61,663 nucleotides of DNA, filler included, from Porpidia crustulata (GCA_964255105.1; 10 parts of 10 records of this genome joined end to end with filler, not necessarily neighbours in it); one strand, 5' to 3'. Shown: positions 14,360 to 28,465, numbered from the whole stretch's first letter. Translations and numbers: made by a program. Notes: generated from the sequence alone by a model not told the origin.

Positions 14360-16298
14360 CTTTAGATTTACAGTAAGTGCCCGGTGTCGTTTACTTAGTC
14401 AGTAAAGAGATAGAACAGTTTACTGTCATTAGGTTTGCCAATAATGTGAACAGCCCAAATGACAGTCTCTATTCCCGAGCCGAAAGTCACCCTTCCCTTG
14501 ATTTGGCCACTCCCGTCCAAATCACATGTGCTGAGCCAAAGAAACAGATCTTCGAGCTGTTGAAAACAATGCCACAGACGTTGATTCTCGGGGAAACCTC
14601 CAAACCCGCTGCTCAACTCCCTCGATGCGTAAAACTCTGTACTCACAATGGCGCCTTGCGTCCGCTCGAGCTCGGCCGATGGCAAGACTATCTGTTTGAA
14701 CAAACGTCATCTCTGCGCCGCGAGATTGTTCTGAATAATTTAGATCGTCAACGCAGCGGCCGATATTTCGCGCTTCGGTAAGCTTCCTCACATTTCTGTT
14801 GCTGTTGATCATGTTAGGTTGATGGAGGGGATTAATTATAGTGTCCGATGTAAGCGCAAGGATGTGTCTATCCTCCGCAGTAGCCCCGATTGCGACTTCG
14901 GAGATGTAGGTGCAAATGCATATGCTGGAGTGAGAACTAAATAATACAGAGTGCAAGAAAATCGCGTATACAAAAGCACGTACCAATAACAATGCCCATG
15001 CTAATGCCAATGCAATTGTAAATGCCAATGAAATCTGGACCAAGCTCAGCCGAGTGGGTCCGCCCTTCAAGCAATGGGACTCGTCCGCTTGCTTGTATTA
15101 AAATGTAGTATGGTAAGATATACGACTGTCTGAAAGACCAAGGTAATGGGTAATGTACTCTGGGTTATAAGACAGTTTTATTTGTGAATTGCTTAGTTCA
15201 TAGCGTTCACATCTCTCGCGCGTAAGCTGAAGTCTGCTCGTTTCTAGGAGATCGACTTGAAAGACATTCAATCCCTGAAGCCGCTGGCCGCAGGATCGAG
15301 TGAAATTTCTCAGTATTTCTAACCTGTATGGTGCTAAAAATGCTTGCCTCCTTACAAGGTGTTCATCTTCTTGGTGCTGCAGGGCTTTCGGAGTTGCTGG
15401 TCTATGGCAGACGTCTTTGCCCACAGTGATGGACGCATAACGTATCCAGCTAAGTTTATGGGCTCCTCGTATTTATCTCAAAGACATGCATGCAGAGATT
15501 TTTTCCTTTCAACTTCCTAGACCACGTTAATAGATGAAAGAAAAATCACATACACACTAAGTCATATTCGCAGCTAGGGGAATAGTAGTGTTCGTTTGTG
15601 TTTATGGATGATGTTTTCCTAATTCAGGAATACCCGGATGTGCACAGTCTCGAGGAATGAAGAATTAAAAAACAGCTGAATGTATACGACGTTGCACAGA
15701 AAGTGGTCCAATTCGGCCAGTTAGATCTCGTTTGGATGTTCTTGTATTTCTTATAATTTCGAGGTACTGCTCGAAGATTGTACGATTTTAGCCATTGGAT
15801 TTAATGCTTTCGTAATTTCAGATTGAGATTATTGTGAATGAGAAATAGGAGCATCCGGGTTTTAGGGAAGTAGTCAACAGGAAGTGAGCTCTTCTTTTCT
15901 TCAAATCAAATTCACTGCACATCCTATAAGGCCTGGATCCGATTGTCTGGCACTATCCACCTCAATCCATAGTAATGAGTACATCTCTTCTAACTCACTA
16001 CCGGAAAATGCTGGACAATTGACTGAGATCCTTTTGCCCCTTGCCCCTATCAATTCGCTTCGTAGAGCTAGTAAGCATGATTGTGCTTGACAGGATGTTG
16101 ATGAAACGTTCAAACTGATCTATCTGGATCATCTACCGATCACGCTGGATCGGCTTGTGTAGCCGTCACAGATCAGAGCCCAGGTTCATCGACAGAGCAT
16201 ACTAGATGCAGCACATTCGAACTATTTTGGATACATGAACGAAGCAGGTATACGGGAAGTTGAAACTTACCACAGTCCAAGCCTCGAGAATCAGCGAT

Positions 16299-18059
16299 TC
16301 AATCATCGAACCCATTCCATTCTTGCGCCTCGGAATCCTCGTGTTCTTGGGCTTCAGATCCAAGATTCCGATCAGATGTAGAGGGATCATCGCAACGTCT
16401 GATAAATGCTGCCACAAAGAAGCCCTGCGTACCTTCTTTTGTTCCCTTTTCACACCGAATACAACCATTTGCCACCTCAACTACGTCAGCGTTGTCGATA
16501 TGGTCCCCCGCCATGTTTCCTTGGCAAGCAGCAAGATCCCCCCTGATGCTCCAATTCTTCATGCCGGAAACCTGGTCATCGCGGCGCAGAATATGCCAGC
16601 CTTCCTGCGCCGCCACTGATGACGTGAGAGCCTTCATCACTACGTGCTCGTTCTCTTCCGCGTAGATGGAGCACGTTGAATAGGTGATCCTACGCACTTT
16701 GGGAAATTGAAATGCATGCATAATGAGTTTGAGTTGGAATACCGATAGTGATTGAAGTCGCTCACAAAGCTTTTCAGCATCGTTCATCGCAACCGGAGTT
16801 TGCTCATCCAAGTCATAAGAGCGAGAGTCTGGTTCGGTCCCAAATTTCAATTTCGTCTTCTTTGATTCGACCTTTCCTGACGCGTCTACCAGCTTACTTG
16901 GCAGGAGGATTTTAGGCAGATCTTCACGTCCAATTATCCCGCTTCCTGAGCAGCTGGGATCCAACAGTATTGAGCTGACTTCGTCCCACGGTGCTTCACG
17001 AGATCTCAATTTTAGAAAGTCTTGCGCTACTTTTATCTCAACCATATCTGAAGCACCTGCCGTGAGTACCATGCTCTGAAGCACCAGAGCCCGGGTTTTG
17101 TCGCGTTCACATGCCCATACTTTGGGTTTATCGGCATTTTTGCAACGGCTTTCTAAGATAGCTACAAGATGTGTAGTTTTATTACCTGGGGCTGCACAGG
17201 CGTCGAGACATGAGCCACCATCCGGTTGCGGATCCAGTAAGTAAGCCGGAAAGCATGATGCCTTATCCTGTAGGATGATCGAGCCATTCAGGTAGGCATG
17301 CGTATCTGAGATATTGCTGCCAAGTGATACTGCGATAATGTTTGGAACATGCTTGTCGATGTGTAGGAGCTTCCCAGCATTGCACTCTTCTGTCGTAGCC
17401 GAAATAACCTCTTCGACGGTGTCCACAGACTTATAATTCGAGAAAGTTGTCTTGAGCTGCTCGTCTAAATTTGAAAGCAACGTATTGATCCGCACCCACC
17501 GAGGATGAGAGAGTAGTATCTTCTGATTCTCAACAGAGGGAGAATCTATCTGCGGCCATTGAGAGTCTGCTCCCTTGTTGGTATTATCAATACTGCCAAT
17601 TTCAACCTGGCGTTTAAGATCCTTTATGGATGCAAAGCCCCGTTTGAGCCTAGCCTTAGTAAGTTCAGCGTTTAATCGCGCCTTGTGCTTGGACACAGCA
17701 GTTCTCAAAGGGTGAGTTGTCGGAGCAGCGATGCCTTTTTTCGCCAGAAGAAGGTCGTGCACGAGCAGAAGAGCCAAAGCGGGCGAAAGCTACGTCAACA
17801 ACCCTTGCATGTCAGTCAGCATCTTCAAATATCTCAAGATAAGGCTTTTGCGTACTTTTCTTTCTAGTTCGAGGAGTCGGGACTTCTCTACGACTTCTTT
17901 CAAAATTGGGCTCCATTTCGAAGCTTCACTCACGAGTGCATAGACTTGGGCTGGCGACGATTTGAAATTGTTGGAGCCATACACTCTGGACTTTAAAGAG
18001 CCCGAGGACTGGCCAGGCTCTTGAAGCAGCAGTGGAGCTGCATCGTAGTAGAGTGACAT
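16299..18059 (-). CDS. RCM1: 25S rRNA cytosine-C5 methyltransferase (NSUN5/Rcm1, NOL1/NOP2/Sun family)
   Basis: MSLYYDAA start, PRWVRINTL, LQDKASCFPA, DACAAPGNKT, LLDPSCSGSG, YSTCS..EENE, TQGFFVA; one intron at ~17792-17855. Confidence 0.92.
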
Positions 18060-18256
18060 TGGTGTGGAGCTGCTTGGCCGACAAGACTTGGACTGTAAAT
18101 ATTGATGGTCGGCTAAAACTTCACACTCAAGCCGCACTCAGACTATTTATGATAATTGAGTTCAGAAAACAACAATGGTTGAGCTGCACGACAACTTCAT
18201 AAAATCAAATTTAAATCATCGCCCGTAATACTGACGCCAAACCCCTCCACATCGCC
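18060..18256. promoter_or_regulatory. Compact bidirectional promoter between RCM1 and SAP18
   Basis: Only 197 bp separate the two divergent start codons. Confidence 0.6.
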
Positions 18257-18498
18257 ATGGCTATGCAAACAGGCCCCGGTGGCAAAGTTGACCGCCAAAC
18301 AACTACTCCCTTCCACCTCAAGCTCTTCTACCGAACCGGGGCCTTCCACCGGTGAGTCCCCTCACCATCCCCTTCCAACTACCTTTGCTGAAATGCCCGA
18401 CAACAGCAATTTCTAATTCAACGCATCCAGACTCGAGGAATTCCCTTCCACAAACACCGGCCCGCTTCCCGCCCACCTCCAAATCTACACCTGGCCCT
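18257..18498 (+). CDS. SAP18: Sin3-associated polypeptide SAP18, 5' part
   Basis: KVDRQTTTPFHLKLFYRTGAFH, intron 18352-18430, then LPAHLQIYTWP, typical of SAP18; truncated by contig end. Confidence 0.85.
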
Positions 18499-18598
18499 NN
18501 NNNNNNNNNNNNNNNNNNNNNNNNNNNNNNNNNNNNNNNNNNTTAATTAATTAANNNNNNNNNNNNNNNNNNNNNNNNNNNNNNNNNNNNNNNNNNNN
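18499..18598. other. Artificial contig spacer
   Basis: Same 100-nt spacer. Confidence 0.99.
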
Positions 18599-19662
18599 TC
18601 TTTCATAAGCCTAGCTTGCATAAGGACAATAAACCTGACATAACAAACAAAAAAAAAGTGTGCGTTCAACCCTATAATTCGACAGGTTCTTTTCTTTAGG
18701 GGCGGCAGGGTAAGGGCACAGGGAATATGGGCCATGTGTGGCTGAAAAGGTCATCTAACCCAAAATGTTCTAGTATGCCCTACCACTTACATACTGTGAG
18801 CCTGAGTGGAAGCCTTCCTGCCAGCTAACCAGATTATTATTGAGTATCGTGCACATGCGTCTGTAGATCCACCATTCGAAAGCTTCTTCGCGAGACGTCA
18901 TGGTGGTTGACTTCAAGCATTGTCATCCGAGGAATGATATTGGCACACGAACAATGCAAATGATCGAACTCAATTCGACACTTGCCTTGAACTCGGTGAA
19001 ATCGAGTCCTTCCGCGCAAATAGCATATCCCTTATGGCGGGCGAAGTGTACTAGAGGTGTTCTAGAGAGTACAGTAGACTCGGAAAGAGTCGCAGAATCC
19101 GCGCGGGCCCGAAAAAGTATTGTAGTCTAGACATCCGCAAACTTGATGCAGACACGAAACTCAGAGATCATTTGTCTTAAGACGTCAGATACAAGCAAAC
19201 CGAGCTGTCGTCCGTACTGTGGCAACAGCCGCCTACTTTCGATTTCGCTCTAGTGGCTACTATGCCGAATACACTACTGGTCGAGTTCAATATCGATTGT
19301 GCATATTCAAGCTAATGCAGATCTGAAGAGACATCCCCTCTGCGTCGAAGCATATATCATCTATAAAAATGTCGACAATAGCTGAGATCGCCTACTTGAT
19401 GGGCGAATGAAGCTTTTCATCTTATACGATCTTCATCCAAACGTTGACATCGAAAAATTGCTTGGATTTTGTCTTTCTTTTGAAATAAAGTTCTAGACAT
19501 TGTACTCGTCCATACTCTCATACGTTACAAGAAATTCTCTCAATAGACTGAGAATCCTTCCGCATTCGTTATCAATTTCAGGTAAATAGGCTTCAATCAT
19601 ACGCTAGACATATACACGCCTCCACACCATCATGTATGGACCGAGAGCTATCTTCAATATGG

Positions 19663-20076
19663 TCATTCGTCTCTGTGAACTCTCCTAGTTTGGAAATTCC
19701 CTTCTGCGCCTTGGACGTTATCGCCATTCTGATCGCTGTCTCCGCCTTTGGAAAACTGTGCGCCATAATGACCACCAGAATGGTTAATATCACCCTGTTG
19801 AACGCCACGTTGGTCGCTTTGAGTGTTGACGTGCGTGCTATTTCCATTCACGGTGTTTCCCTGGCGCACATTGCTATTCCAACAAGGAGTGTTTTCAGTA
19901 GGAAGGTCAACTCCACTACCTTGATTGCTTTTGGTAGCGAGCCTGTCAAACTCGTCTTCCCATGATCTGATGTATCGAGCAGTTGATGGTCCTCTTGAAG
20001 AAGTCAAAGACCTGTCCTGCTGGCCGCTCAAAAATAACTTGTGTCGATCGATTTCTCGACGATAGAGGTTTACCAT
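19663..20076 (-). CDS. Small orphan protein (137 aa) with N/Q/G-rich amyloid-like C-terminal half
   Basis: Intronless ORF from ATG 20076 with VRQGNTVNGN, VQQGDINHSGG, DQNGDNVQG motifs. Confidence 0.55.
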   Translation of the reverse strand: MVNLYRREIDRHKLFLSGQQDRSLTSSRGPSTARYIRSWEDEFDRLATKSNQGSGVDLPTENTPCWNSNVRQGNTVNGNSTHVNTQSDQRGVQQGDINHSGGHYGAQFSKGGDSDQNGDNVQGAEGNFQTRRVHRDE

Positions 20077-23000
20077 GAGAGGTTCGGCAGGCTTCGTTTG
20101 ACTCTTTTGAGATTGGTCCGAGTTGTTGGAACATGAAGGACTTATATAAAAAGAGGATATTAGCCAGGTTATCATCATGCTGACCACAAAGTGCGGAGAG
20201 TCCTTCAAGGAAATCCGCTTGAGAGAAAAACAAGAACCTGGGTAAAGCTGCGAGCGGTGATCAAAGGGACAGAAAACAAGGACTGATACATGAATATAGG
20301 CTCATCAGAGCAGCGTACTGCTCGAATCGTCATTGAGTGTTAAATCGAGTACAGAGAGACCAGACCAAAGCTGAAAATATACTAAGGGAAGAATCAATGC
20401 CGGTAGGGAAATAACTAACGCCATATTCTGATCAGTTTAGGAGTGATAGGCTCCGTGGGAACAACGAAGTATTTTAAAATGTGGTATTGGACAGAAGTCC
20501 GTGAGATAAGAAGGTGACGAGCAGTCCCATATTGCAGAGATCAGCAGCATTTATATGTATCCTGAAGAACATATCGTCTCTGGTTGTAAACCCGCTTTCT
20601 CAAATCTGAAGTATGAACAAACATTGTCGATTATTAGGATAGCAATATGCAGGCAGGTCCACTAAGGTCCGCGATTTTGCGCAAGAACACCGAACAACAT
20701 CCGAAAAGTCGAAGCCTGGCGCGTCTGGTTCGTCCGTTACCGATGATACCCAGATAGGCTGCCGCATGAACTACCCACCTCGCGCGTGCACAACAAAAAA
20801 GACTGCAAAACTACACGACACACAGACCACCTGCCTGGTACAGATTATAGATTCACTTGTATGCGGTATAGATCAACAATGACGGTATTGTGATAGCTCG
20901 TGAAATCTCAACCACAAACTAGGCGATGAATATATGTGGAGAAGACTCGAGTAGAGATACCCAGGTCCCATTTTCGTGTCGATGTTCAAAGCATATGAAT
21001 CACAATTGCTTCAATAAAAGTTTCACAGCGCTGTTTTGAAAACGTCGCCCTGCTACAAGCCATGTGCTACATCCCTCGCGACTGATCAGACCAACAGCGT
21101 GCCTCATCAAAATCATATTTCTGCATCCCATGTTCGTACACGACCAAGAGTGTGACCTGGAGCCCAATTCTTGAAATCTGCCTTGCCGTTCCTCGCTCGC
21201 CACGTTTGCATTCACTGAATTATACAATTCAAACACCTCTAAACTCCTTCAGCGTCTGGAATTCGATAGGCCGGGAATCATCGTGGAAATTCGGCACGGC
21301 GTTTTGAGATTTCAGTCGACGGAAAGCTACAGAGATGAGGCTGCACGTGTAAGGTATGGGTTTTTCTAATGATATTGGACCCTTGCGTTGATTCGACGCA
21401 TACCGGCGGACAAGTCCCCATTGACAATATCCCAAATTGGACATTATGTAGAATAATAATAAGCGCACCACCGTGGCATCTGTGTAGCGCTGGACTCAGG
21501 TGCACATTCTCATGCTTGCCGCAATGTTCAGAATGCGAGTTGATCATGGTTGTGGATCCTTGTCTGTAAAAGAGGTGCATTAGGCAGCAGCCTTACCCCC
21601 AACTGCGCCACCACTGATCGACTTAGAGTAGTCGTGCATTGTCCTACATGCGAGACAACAAGCACCCCTGAGCTTTAGATAGATACAACCCTGCACTTGA
21701 TCCATAATTGACCCTCTTGAGTATATCTTCAATGCTGCACTAATGTTCGACTAACGTCAATACGGAAGAGCATTAGGGAATCGCCGAATGTACTATGAAA
21801 CGTTCAATTCGATCAAGGTGTCTGTCAAAGTCTCTCTTTCACATTACAGTGCTTGAACACCAAGCCTATGCCACGCATTTCCAGCGCTCGGATTATATAC
21901 TTCTCCCTTTCACAGGACGTTTCAAAAAGGGTTGAGCAGAAAAGGTGACAAAACGGGATGGATCGCGTAATCTGGGAAAAATCTCACTAGGGACTGCAAA
22001 GATAACTCCATAATTCATGGAAACAGGTGATTTAGCCATGAGGACTACAAGTCTGTAAGACTACTAGTGGGGAATGATAGGATGACGATGGGAACACGGG
22101 CATAGAGCATAAAGCACAAGGGTGTCTAATGTGCAGTTGTGTCGGGAATAGATCATTGGTATAGACTGAAGCGGAAAGCGTACTGATAGGTGACAGCGCG
22201 ATAACCTAACAATAAGGCAGCCATGAAAACGCTGAACAAGGCAAATTTCCAAGTCGACCCGTGGACCCTCAGAACAAATCTGAAACTCCCCTCCGTGTTC
22301 CCCAGCCGACTCCCGACCTGTCCAGCAGATTAGAATCTTCTATTAACCAAGAGCAAAACTCTGCATCACAGCCGATTACAGAAATAGACTTTAAATAGAT
22401 ATATGTGGAAACAAATGTCAAACGAGGTGGTTGAAAGAGAGACGTAAGTTAAGCCTGGACTAGGTCTAGACAGCCTCATTTTCCTTTGCATCTTTGTGGT
22501 CGATGTCCGCGCTCCTCTTGGCAACCCGTTCGCCCTCCAGGCGTTGTGCTTCAACGCTCACTGACTGCACACAAGAACAGAGACGCAAGTATCGAAATTC
22601 GAATGATGGTTTGGACTCCTAATAAGCGCTAGATACGTGACTCTTGGGAGTCTAGCCACACGATTTCATGGACCTGCACGCCCTTCTTTTGACGCCTACT
22701 CCCCTTTCTCCTCAAGCTCACATGTTAATTCTAAAGATCCATCTCTACTCTCTAGTGCTAGCAGCTCCCCAGTTCTACTAATCTGTCAACCAAATGCGCT
22801 CAGAAGACGATTCAAACATCCCCGGACCGCGAGGCGGACGACATCGCGATGGCCACAGTGATGAGGATGGTGATGACGATGAAAAGTCGAATCTCAAGTT
22901 CGCAGACCGCCATACTTGGTTCGTGCCATCTTGAGGTACCGTCCACTACACCACCCGTTCTCGTCTTGCCATACTCTGTGTCCCAGATTTCGACTTTGAG

Positions 23001-24679
23001 CACAAAGACATTGAGTCATTACGCCAAACCATCGAGATACAAAGATTTGAACGGACTACGACACTGCCTGGATCGCTCATAACATACAGTCAGACCCGTC
23101 CCCTTTGCAGAGATACCGTCAAAGCACTCATCGGGTTGTCTCAGAAAAGCTGACGGTCGATTTAGCAGTCAAAGCCATCAATCGATTGTTCATATCTCTG
23201 CCGTACCACATTACTTATCGAAGTCTCAATACTTCCCATCAACCAGTTCTCAATATCCATATTCCAGCATATCAACATACGAATAAACCAAAATCTCAAC
23301 ATCTCCCATCTCCCTACTCCCTCCTCATCATTCCTTTCTTCTTATTCTCAAATCCCTGCCCCTCACTCATTGTGTCCCTACCCCTCGTTATCCCCACCTT
23401 ACACCCGCACGTTCCTTTATTACCACCAAGACTCTCGCTCCCCGCGTTTCAATCCTCCACCGACCCAAAAAACTAATACATCCGCAATCCGCCATCTACC
23501 TCCACACCCTTCATACTATACACAGAAAATCCCAGCAATCCACTCAAATCGCCCAACAAAGACCACTCAGCGAAAATCCTTCCAACAAAACCTTCCGCCA
23601 ACAAATTCATCGCTCCCAGCGCCATTAGGCAGAAGCTCCTCCCCTAAAAGGTGCACAAGGTGATGTCAACAACAAAGCTGTTGAGCTACCGCGACTATCT
23701 GGTTTCGAGAGTGCGCTGGTGAGGTAGTGGGAAGGATGGCGCCGTAGGGAGGTCATGGAATGAGGAAAATCGGCAAGTAAAAGATAATTAACCCATCCGA
23801 TCCAAGACTAAATCAGGCCGAAAACAGCCCGCAGACACTGTTGAGATTAAGGTTTCGATCAGGAAAGCTTTGTTTGTATCGTTCGAATAATTGAATTCAG
23901 GCCATGCCTCGCTTTAAATCTGTTCCCGGCGGGCGGCGGCATACACATTCCTTATTGTCTATTTCTTTCGGAGATCCTTTTTTTTTTCTCGCTTTATTCA
24001 TTACATAATCTCTTCGTTTCCCCATTTAGGGTCTTGCTGTTGCGCGGTATCGCAATTCTTCGGCTTTCAATTGTCAATCCTCAACCTACGTCTTAACGTC
24101 GCATCGCTCCGTCGTACTAGATATATTAGTCGTTAAACAGCAGCGATGACAACAACAACAACAATCACAATAAAATCCATCCAAAGACGCTAAAATATTT
24201 ACTTCCCTCTCAGATACGAGAGATGGGGTTAAGAATTCGAGATTTGTAAGAATATGAGATGTGGGAATAAAAGTAAGATGTCGAAGATTATTTTTATGAA
24301 TAAGATAATAAGAACGCGAAGGAGAGAGGTGAATGTGTAATGAAGAATGCTACGAGCCTTTCAAGCCTGTACATTTTTGGCAATACTTCGAAAGCTGAAG
24401 CGCAGCGACCCTTCGCTGCGTCATCAAAAGACGAAATATCAAGCCGTTGGTCTTTATTCATGTACCACGAAATAAATCGAATTTCGATCATAACAGCACA
24501 GACTTAAAAGAGTTGTAGCAATCTGCAACAGAGAATCGAAGAAAAGAGTCTAAGAAATATCAAATAATGATGATTGGAGGAAGAAAAGAAAACAGCTCCG
24601 AGTCAAGAAAATTCAAGACAGGAAGCAGGAATAGTTACAGACATCTTCGGAAAAAGCCGAACAAATAAGAAATCTAATC

Positions 24680-24779
24680 NNNNNNNNNNNNNNNNNNNNN
24701 NNNNNNNNNNNNNNNNNNNNNNNTTAATTAATTAANNNNNNNNNNNNNNNNNNNNNNNNNNNNNNNNNNNNNNNNNNNN
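24680..24779. other. Artificial contig spacer
   Basis: Same 100-nt spacer. Confidence 0.99.
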
Positions 24780-26080
24780 TTCTACGACTGGATTTTTTGT
24801 TACCCCTCATCGTTCTTTCGTTCTCTTCTCATGGCTGTGTCAGTCGCCGGTTCCGTCAGTCATGAGTATCGAATGTGGGAACCATTTTCTTAGCCAAGGT
24901 GGTCCCAGCCATCGAATAGCTACAAATGCGTTGTCTTTACTAAGTTCGTCGTTCGACCACAGCACCGCCGTCATGGTCACGCGCTTGGTTTTTGCATCTG
25001 TCTTTCGCTACCGTATGGAGTCATGTTCGATTTGGCGGCGAAAGCAGGTGGCGGTGGATGACGGGAAGCTTGGTCTGACTTTGCTTGATCTTAAGAAATT
25101 CCCGGGGTATTGAACCCCCTCAAGGCTTATCTTGCTTACTCAACTTACGTAGCCTTCGACGATTCCTCAAGCTTCGCCTACGAGTCGCGTTAAACAGAAA
25201 TATCGCGGTCAATATGGATGATAGGAAATGACAAAGGACAAACCTTCATTGACAATTGGGGCAACGGACTATGTGGGGGCGCACTGGCTACCGCCTTTTT
25301 ATCTTGCTACGTTGTTTCTCTCATGGCAAGCCCGGTAATTCTACATCAGCTCACGCCAGGCGACTTACTGATTTAAGGCAAAGGAACATGCTGCACAGCC
25401 GTACAAACAATGGTACAACTCACGTATCTGATACCTCGTAAGGGCCAACCTTTTACCGGTCGTAGGGGAAAGCGAGTGATCTAAAGCCAAGAGCCGACGC
25501 CTTCTTTCGTCCAAGGTGTCGCGTGTTTACCACCCAAATTTCACGCATGAAAACGGCTATACCTCTTCGAAGTTATATGTGGACCATCTCAGGAGTCCGG
25601 ATGGATGGTTTTCACGATAATTATCCACAGCCACCTCCAAAGTTTTCCGAATGTGAGTTGGCGGCAGGATACGCTTCACCCTTTTTAGCGCAACGAAACT
25701 AATTATGTTCGGTTCAGGAGCTGTAATGCAAGTCTCGAAATGGGAAAGTCGACGGCTATGCTTATAGTCACCCCTCGTGGCCTCAACGGGACAGTCCTCT
25801 TGGGGTTAGGGGATATCAGGCTTTCTAGGGTTAATGGCCACTCCACTAACAAGCACTAATACTGATAAAGCTAGACTTAAGAATAAGGTGAAGACCACGG
25901 ACGTCGCTTCGCACGTCGCTTCGCGCATGAACGGCTAGAGACGAGGTCCAAATGAGTAGAGATTTATTCATCGAGCTTTTCAAGGTTGACTTAAGAGTGT
26001 GGAGTCTGAATGATCATAAAGCTCTTGGCCAGACAGCACCAATACAAGTCCAACGGCAAGGATTGCTCTGTGGAAAGGCC

Positions 26081-26124
26081 AACCCCTACACCATCGTACC
26101 AGCGCCATTAGGAATCGAACCCAA
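26081..26124 (-). repeat. 44-bp dispersed tRNA-like element, copy 2
   Basis: Minus strand TTGGGTTCGATTCCTAATGGCGCTGGTACGATGGTGTAGGGGTT; 41/44 identical to 7034-7077. Confidence 0.8.
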
Positions 26125-26619
26125 AGTACTCAATCAAATCATGACAACGCTAGGGCCAATTCCTTTCTTTACGCTAATGCTTAGCTCGTGTAGTACGGAG
26201 TGAAGTGTAAGAATATACAGCGCGATGGATATCCGTTGAGGCCGAGAAAGCTATGTTCCGTCAACGCGTTCTGGATGTGATATCCAAGACGAAATCTTAT
26301 CACCACCGAAAGTGAAGAAGCTGATAATAACCAAAGATCCCCGATACTCTTCCTTCAATTTTTGGTTCCACGTGTCCTAGAAGAGAAGCGATTCTTTTTC
26401 ATCTACCGACGTTCAGCGGCTATTACTGTCTTCAAGAATGAGCATGTCTTTTGTTGTCAGCGTTGACGGCGACACCAATGAGACTTGCATTGACAAGGTT
26501 CAAGAGCTAGGTGGCACAAGATTGACATGCCTACTGCACTGGTATATAGTACTGGGAGAAGGGGAAAGGCCGTAGGGGAAAGGATTCGTAACGCTACATA
26601 CAATCGCAAGTACAATCCA

Positions 26620-27669
26620 GAAATCATCCCATCCTAGAATACGCGGTATGTTGAAGCGTGTTTCCAGCTAAAAGTGCCAGCAACAATGGGGAGTATCTAC
26701 GAGATAATTCCTGACATGTATACTTTAATTGCATTCTCAAGCGCACTCAAAAAGCCAATTAGTGAGACGCCTATCCGACAATGTTTGTCTTTCTCAATTT
26801 CTGTACTTTTTAATCTCAACTCAGAACCCAACCGGTTTTACCAAGCTTGGGGTCTACGGTCCCGCTTTCTTTTCGCTTCCAGAACACCTCCCTCCAAGAG
26901 CTTATACTAAAATACTCACGACCCTACCGATACCGCGTTCCAAATTGCCTGTGCCACAAGGGATCATTCATTCGAGTGAGTATCTCAGCGTCCGAAACGT
27001 TTAATGCATTTCCGACATCATATGTCTGGCTACGATAGGGGACGGACAAATTGGATGGACCGCAACTTCTACCCTACATCTACCAGAAAAACTGCATCAT
27101 CTTCTGTTTTAGCGCCCTTGACAAGATCATCCTTAACAGGTGACGAAAGGGGCCATGCATTGCAGGAACTTCATCGAAGGCATCCTAAATTGCTTAAAAA
27201 GCTGGTACTCCAGGATGTCAAGAGCATGATTGAAGAAACTAGAGCATCTGGTCTCGACGGAGAAACCGTACCCATGGAACATGACTTCTTCACAAAGCAG
27301 CCTGTTATTCGTGCGTTCGCCAACACAATAGATTGGCATCTGCCAATATTGCTAGGCGCACGGGCCTACTGTAAGCATTCTTGTCTGCGCAATTGGCCTG
27401 ATTACAAAGTCCAGGGAATTCTTACGAAGCTCACACCCCGTTTGATTAAAGGCGACAGTAAGCTTCTATGCAACGAAAACATGATACCAGATAAAGACGC
27501 CCACTGGCTGAGCACGGCCATGGACATGGTCCTGATGATCAACTTTCCGGCATGCGAACGCACAGACCAGAACTGGCGGGGACTCTTAGGGTTGGGCAGC
27601 TACAAGATCGTCAAGATTTGAACCTCTGAGCTGGGAACCAAGAGCTTGATTAAGGCTGACCTGGTCTGA
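26620..27669 (+). pseudogene. O-methyltransferase (Methyltransf_2) pseudogene
   Basis: KLVLQD, MEHDFFTKQPV, GARAY, ERT...W motifs. SAM motif degraded (LTGDERGH for DVGGGxGH) and catalytic LHDW changed to LRNW. Premature TGA at 27619-27621 is followed by in-frame TSELGTKSLIKADLV*; upstream frames are broken. 5' limit approximate. Confidence 0.8.
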
Positions 27670-28465
27670 GAACCAGTTGCTGAGAGAACTTTATGCTTTG
27701 CATGTGCATAAGCTCTATCGCTGTCAAGGTAGTGACCTGGAAAGCGAAGGAGTCAGGAATAAGAAGGGTAAAAAGCCGAGACAGTTAGCCGCGAAAGCCT
27801 TTTGGTCGAGGTGTAATGAGTCCCTATTTTCTGAAGGGTAGCTTCGTGAGGGCACGACCGCTACCAATTCGTATGCTATCAAGTTATAGAGGGCCAACTG
27901 ACCGATGCTGCATCCACTTTCCGAAGTAAACCTGATCGCCCAATGGGACTCCAGTCGCCGCGTAGCAAATTCTCAGCCATGCAAAAGGGATGCAGATCCC
28001 CTCATCCCATTCTCGTACGACCTCAAACGACGCACCTCCAGAAACGATACTCTTTCATTGGACTCTAGTTCATTAAGATGATTGGCTATCTCTATGGCTT
28101 TTTAACTCAGCTGATGAAGTTCTTGCACATTTACTGAGGTTACTCGAGCCCCGTGCAGGATGTTGGCGTCACTTGGACTCATTACATGCAGACACGATAA
28201 GAATTCAAGATGTGTGTGGACAAATTCGAAGCTTTCTACTTGCATCGAGCTTCAATTTTAAGCAGCATTGGGTTACCATGCAGTAGCGTCATATCGTTGG
28301 TGTGTTACACAACAGGAGTACTTATTCCTACTCCGCAATAGTATAGATAAAGGCTGGTGGTCATTCAGCTCTTGCGCGTTGACTCAATCTGAAGCTTTCT
28401 GGGACACACAGTTCGTGTCACCTTGCTATTCTAGGTTGAATATTCTTTTTCAGGCAGAATCTTCC

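Noticed and set aside
20200..24679. Many 60-120 aa ORFs in contig 4
   Set aside because: Low-complexity or random-looking translations without splice or motif support; no transposase or RT motifs seen
25801..25835. GGGTTAGGG / TAGGGTTA telomere-like words
   Set aside because: Single units, not an array
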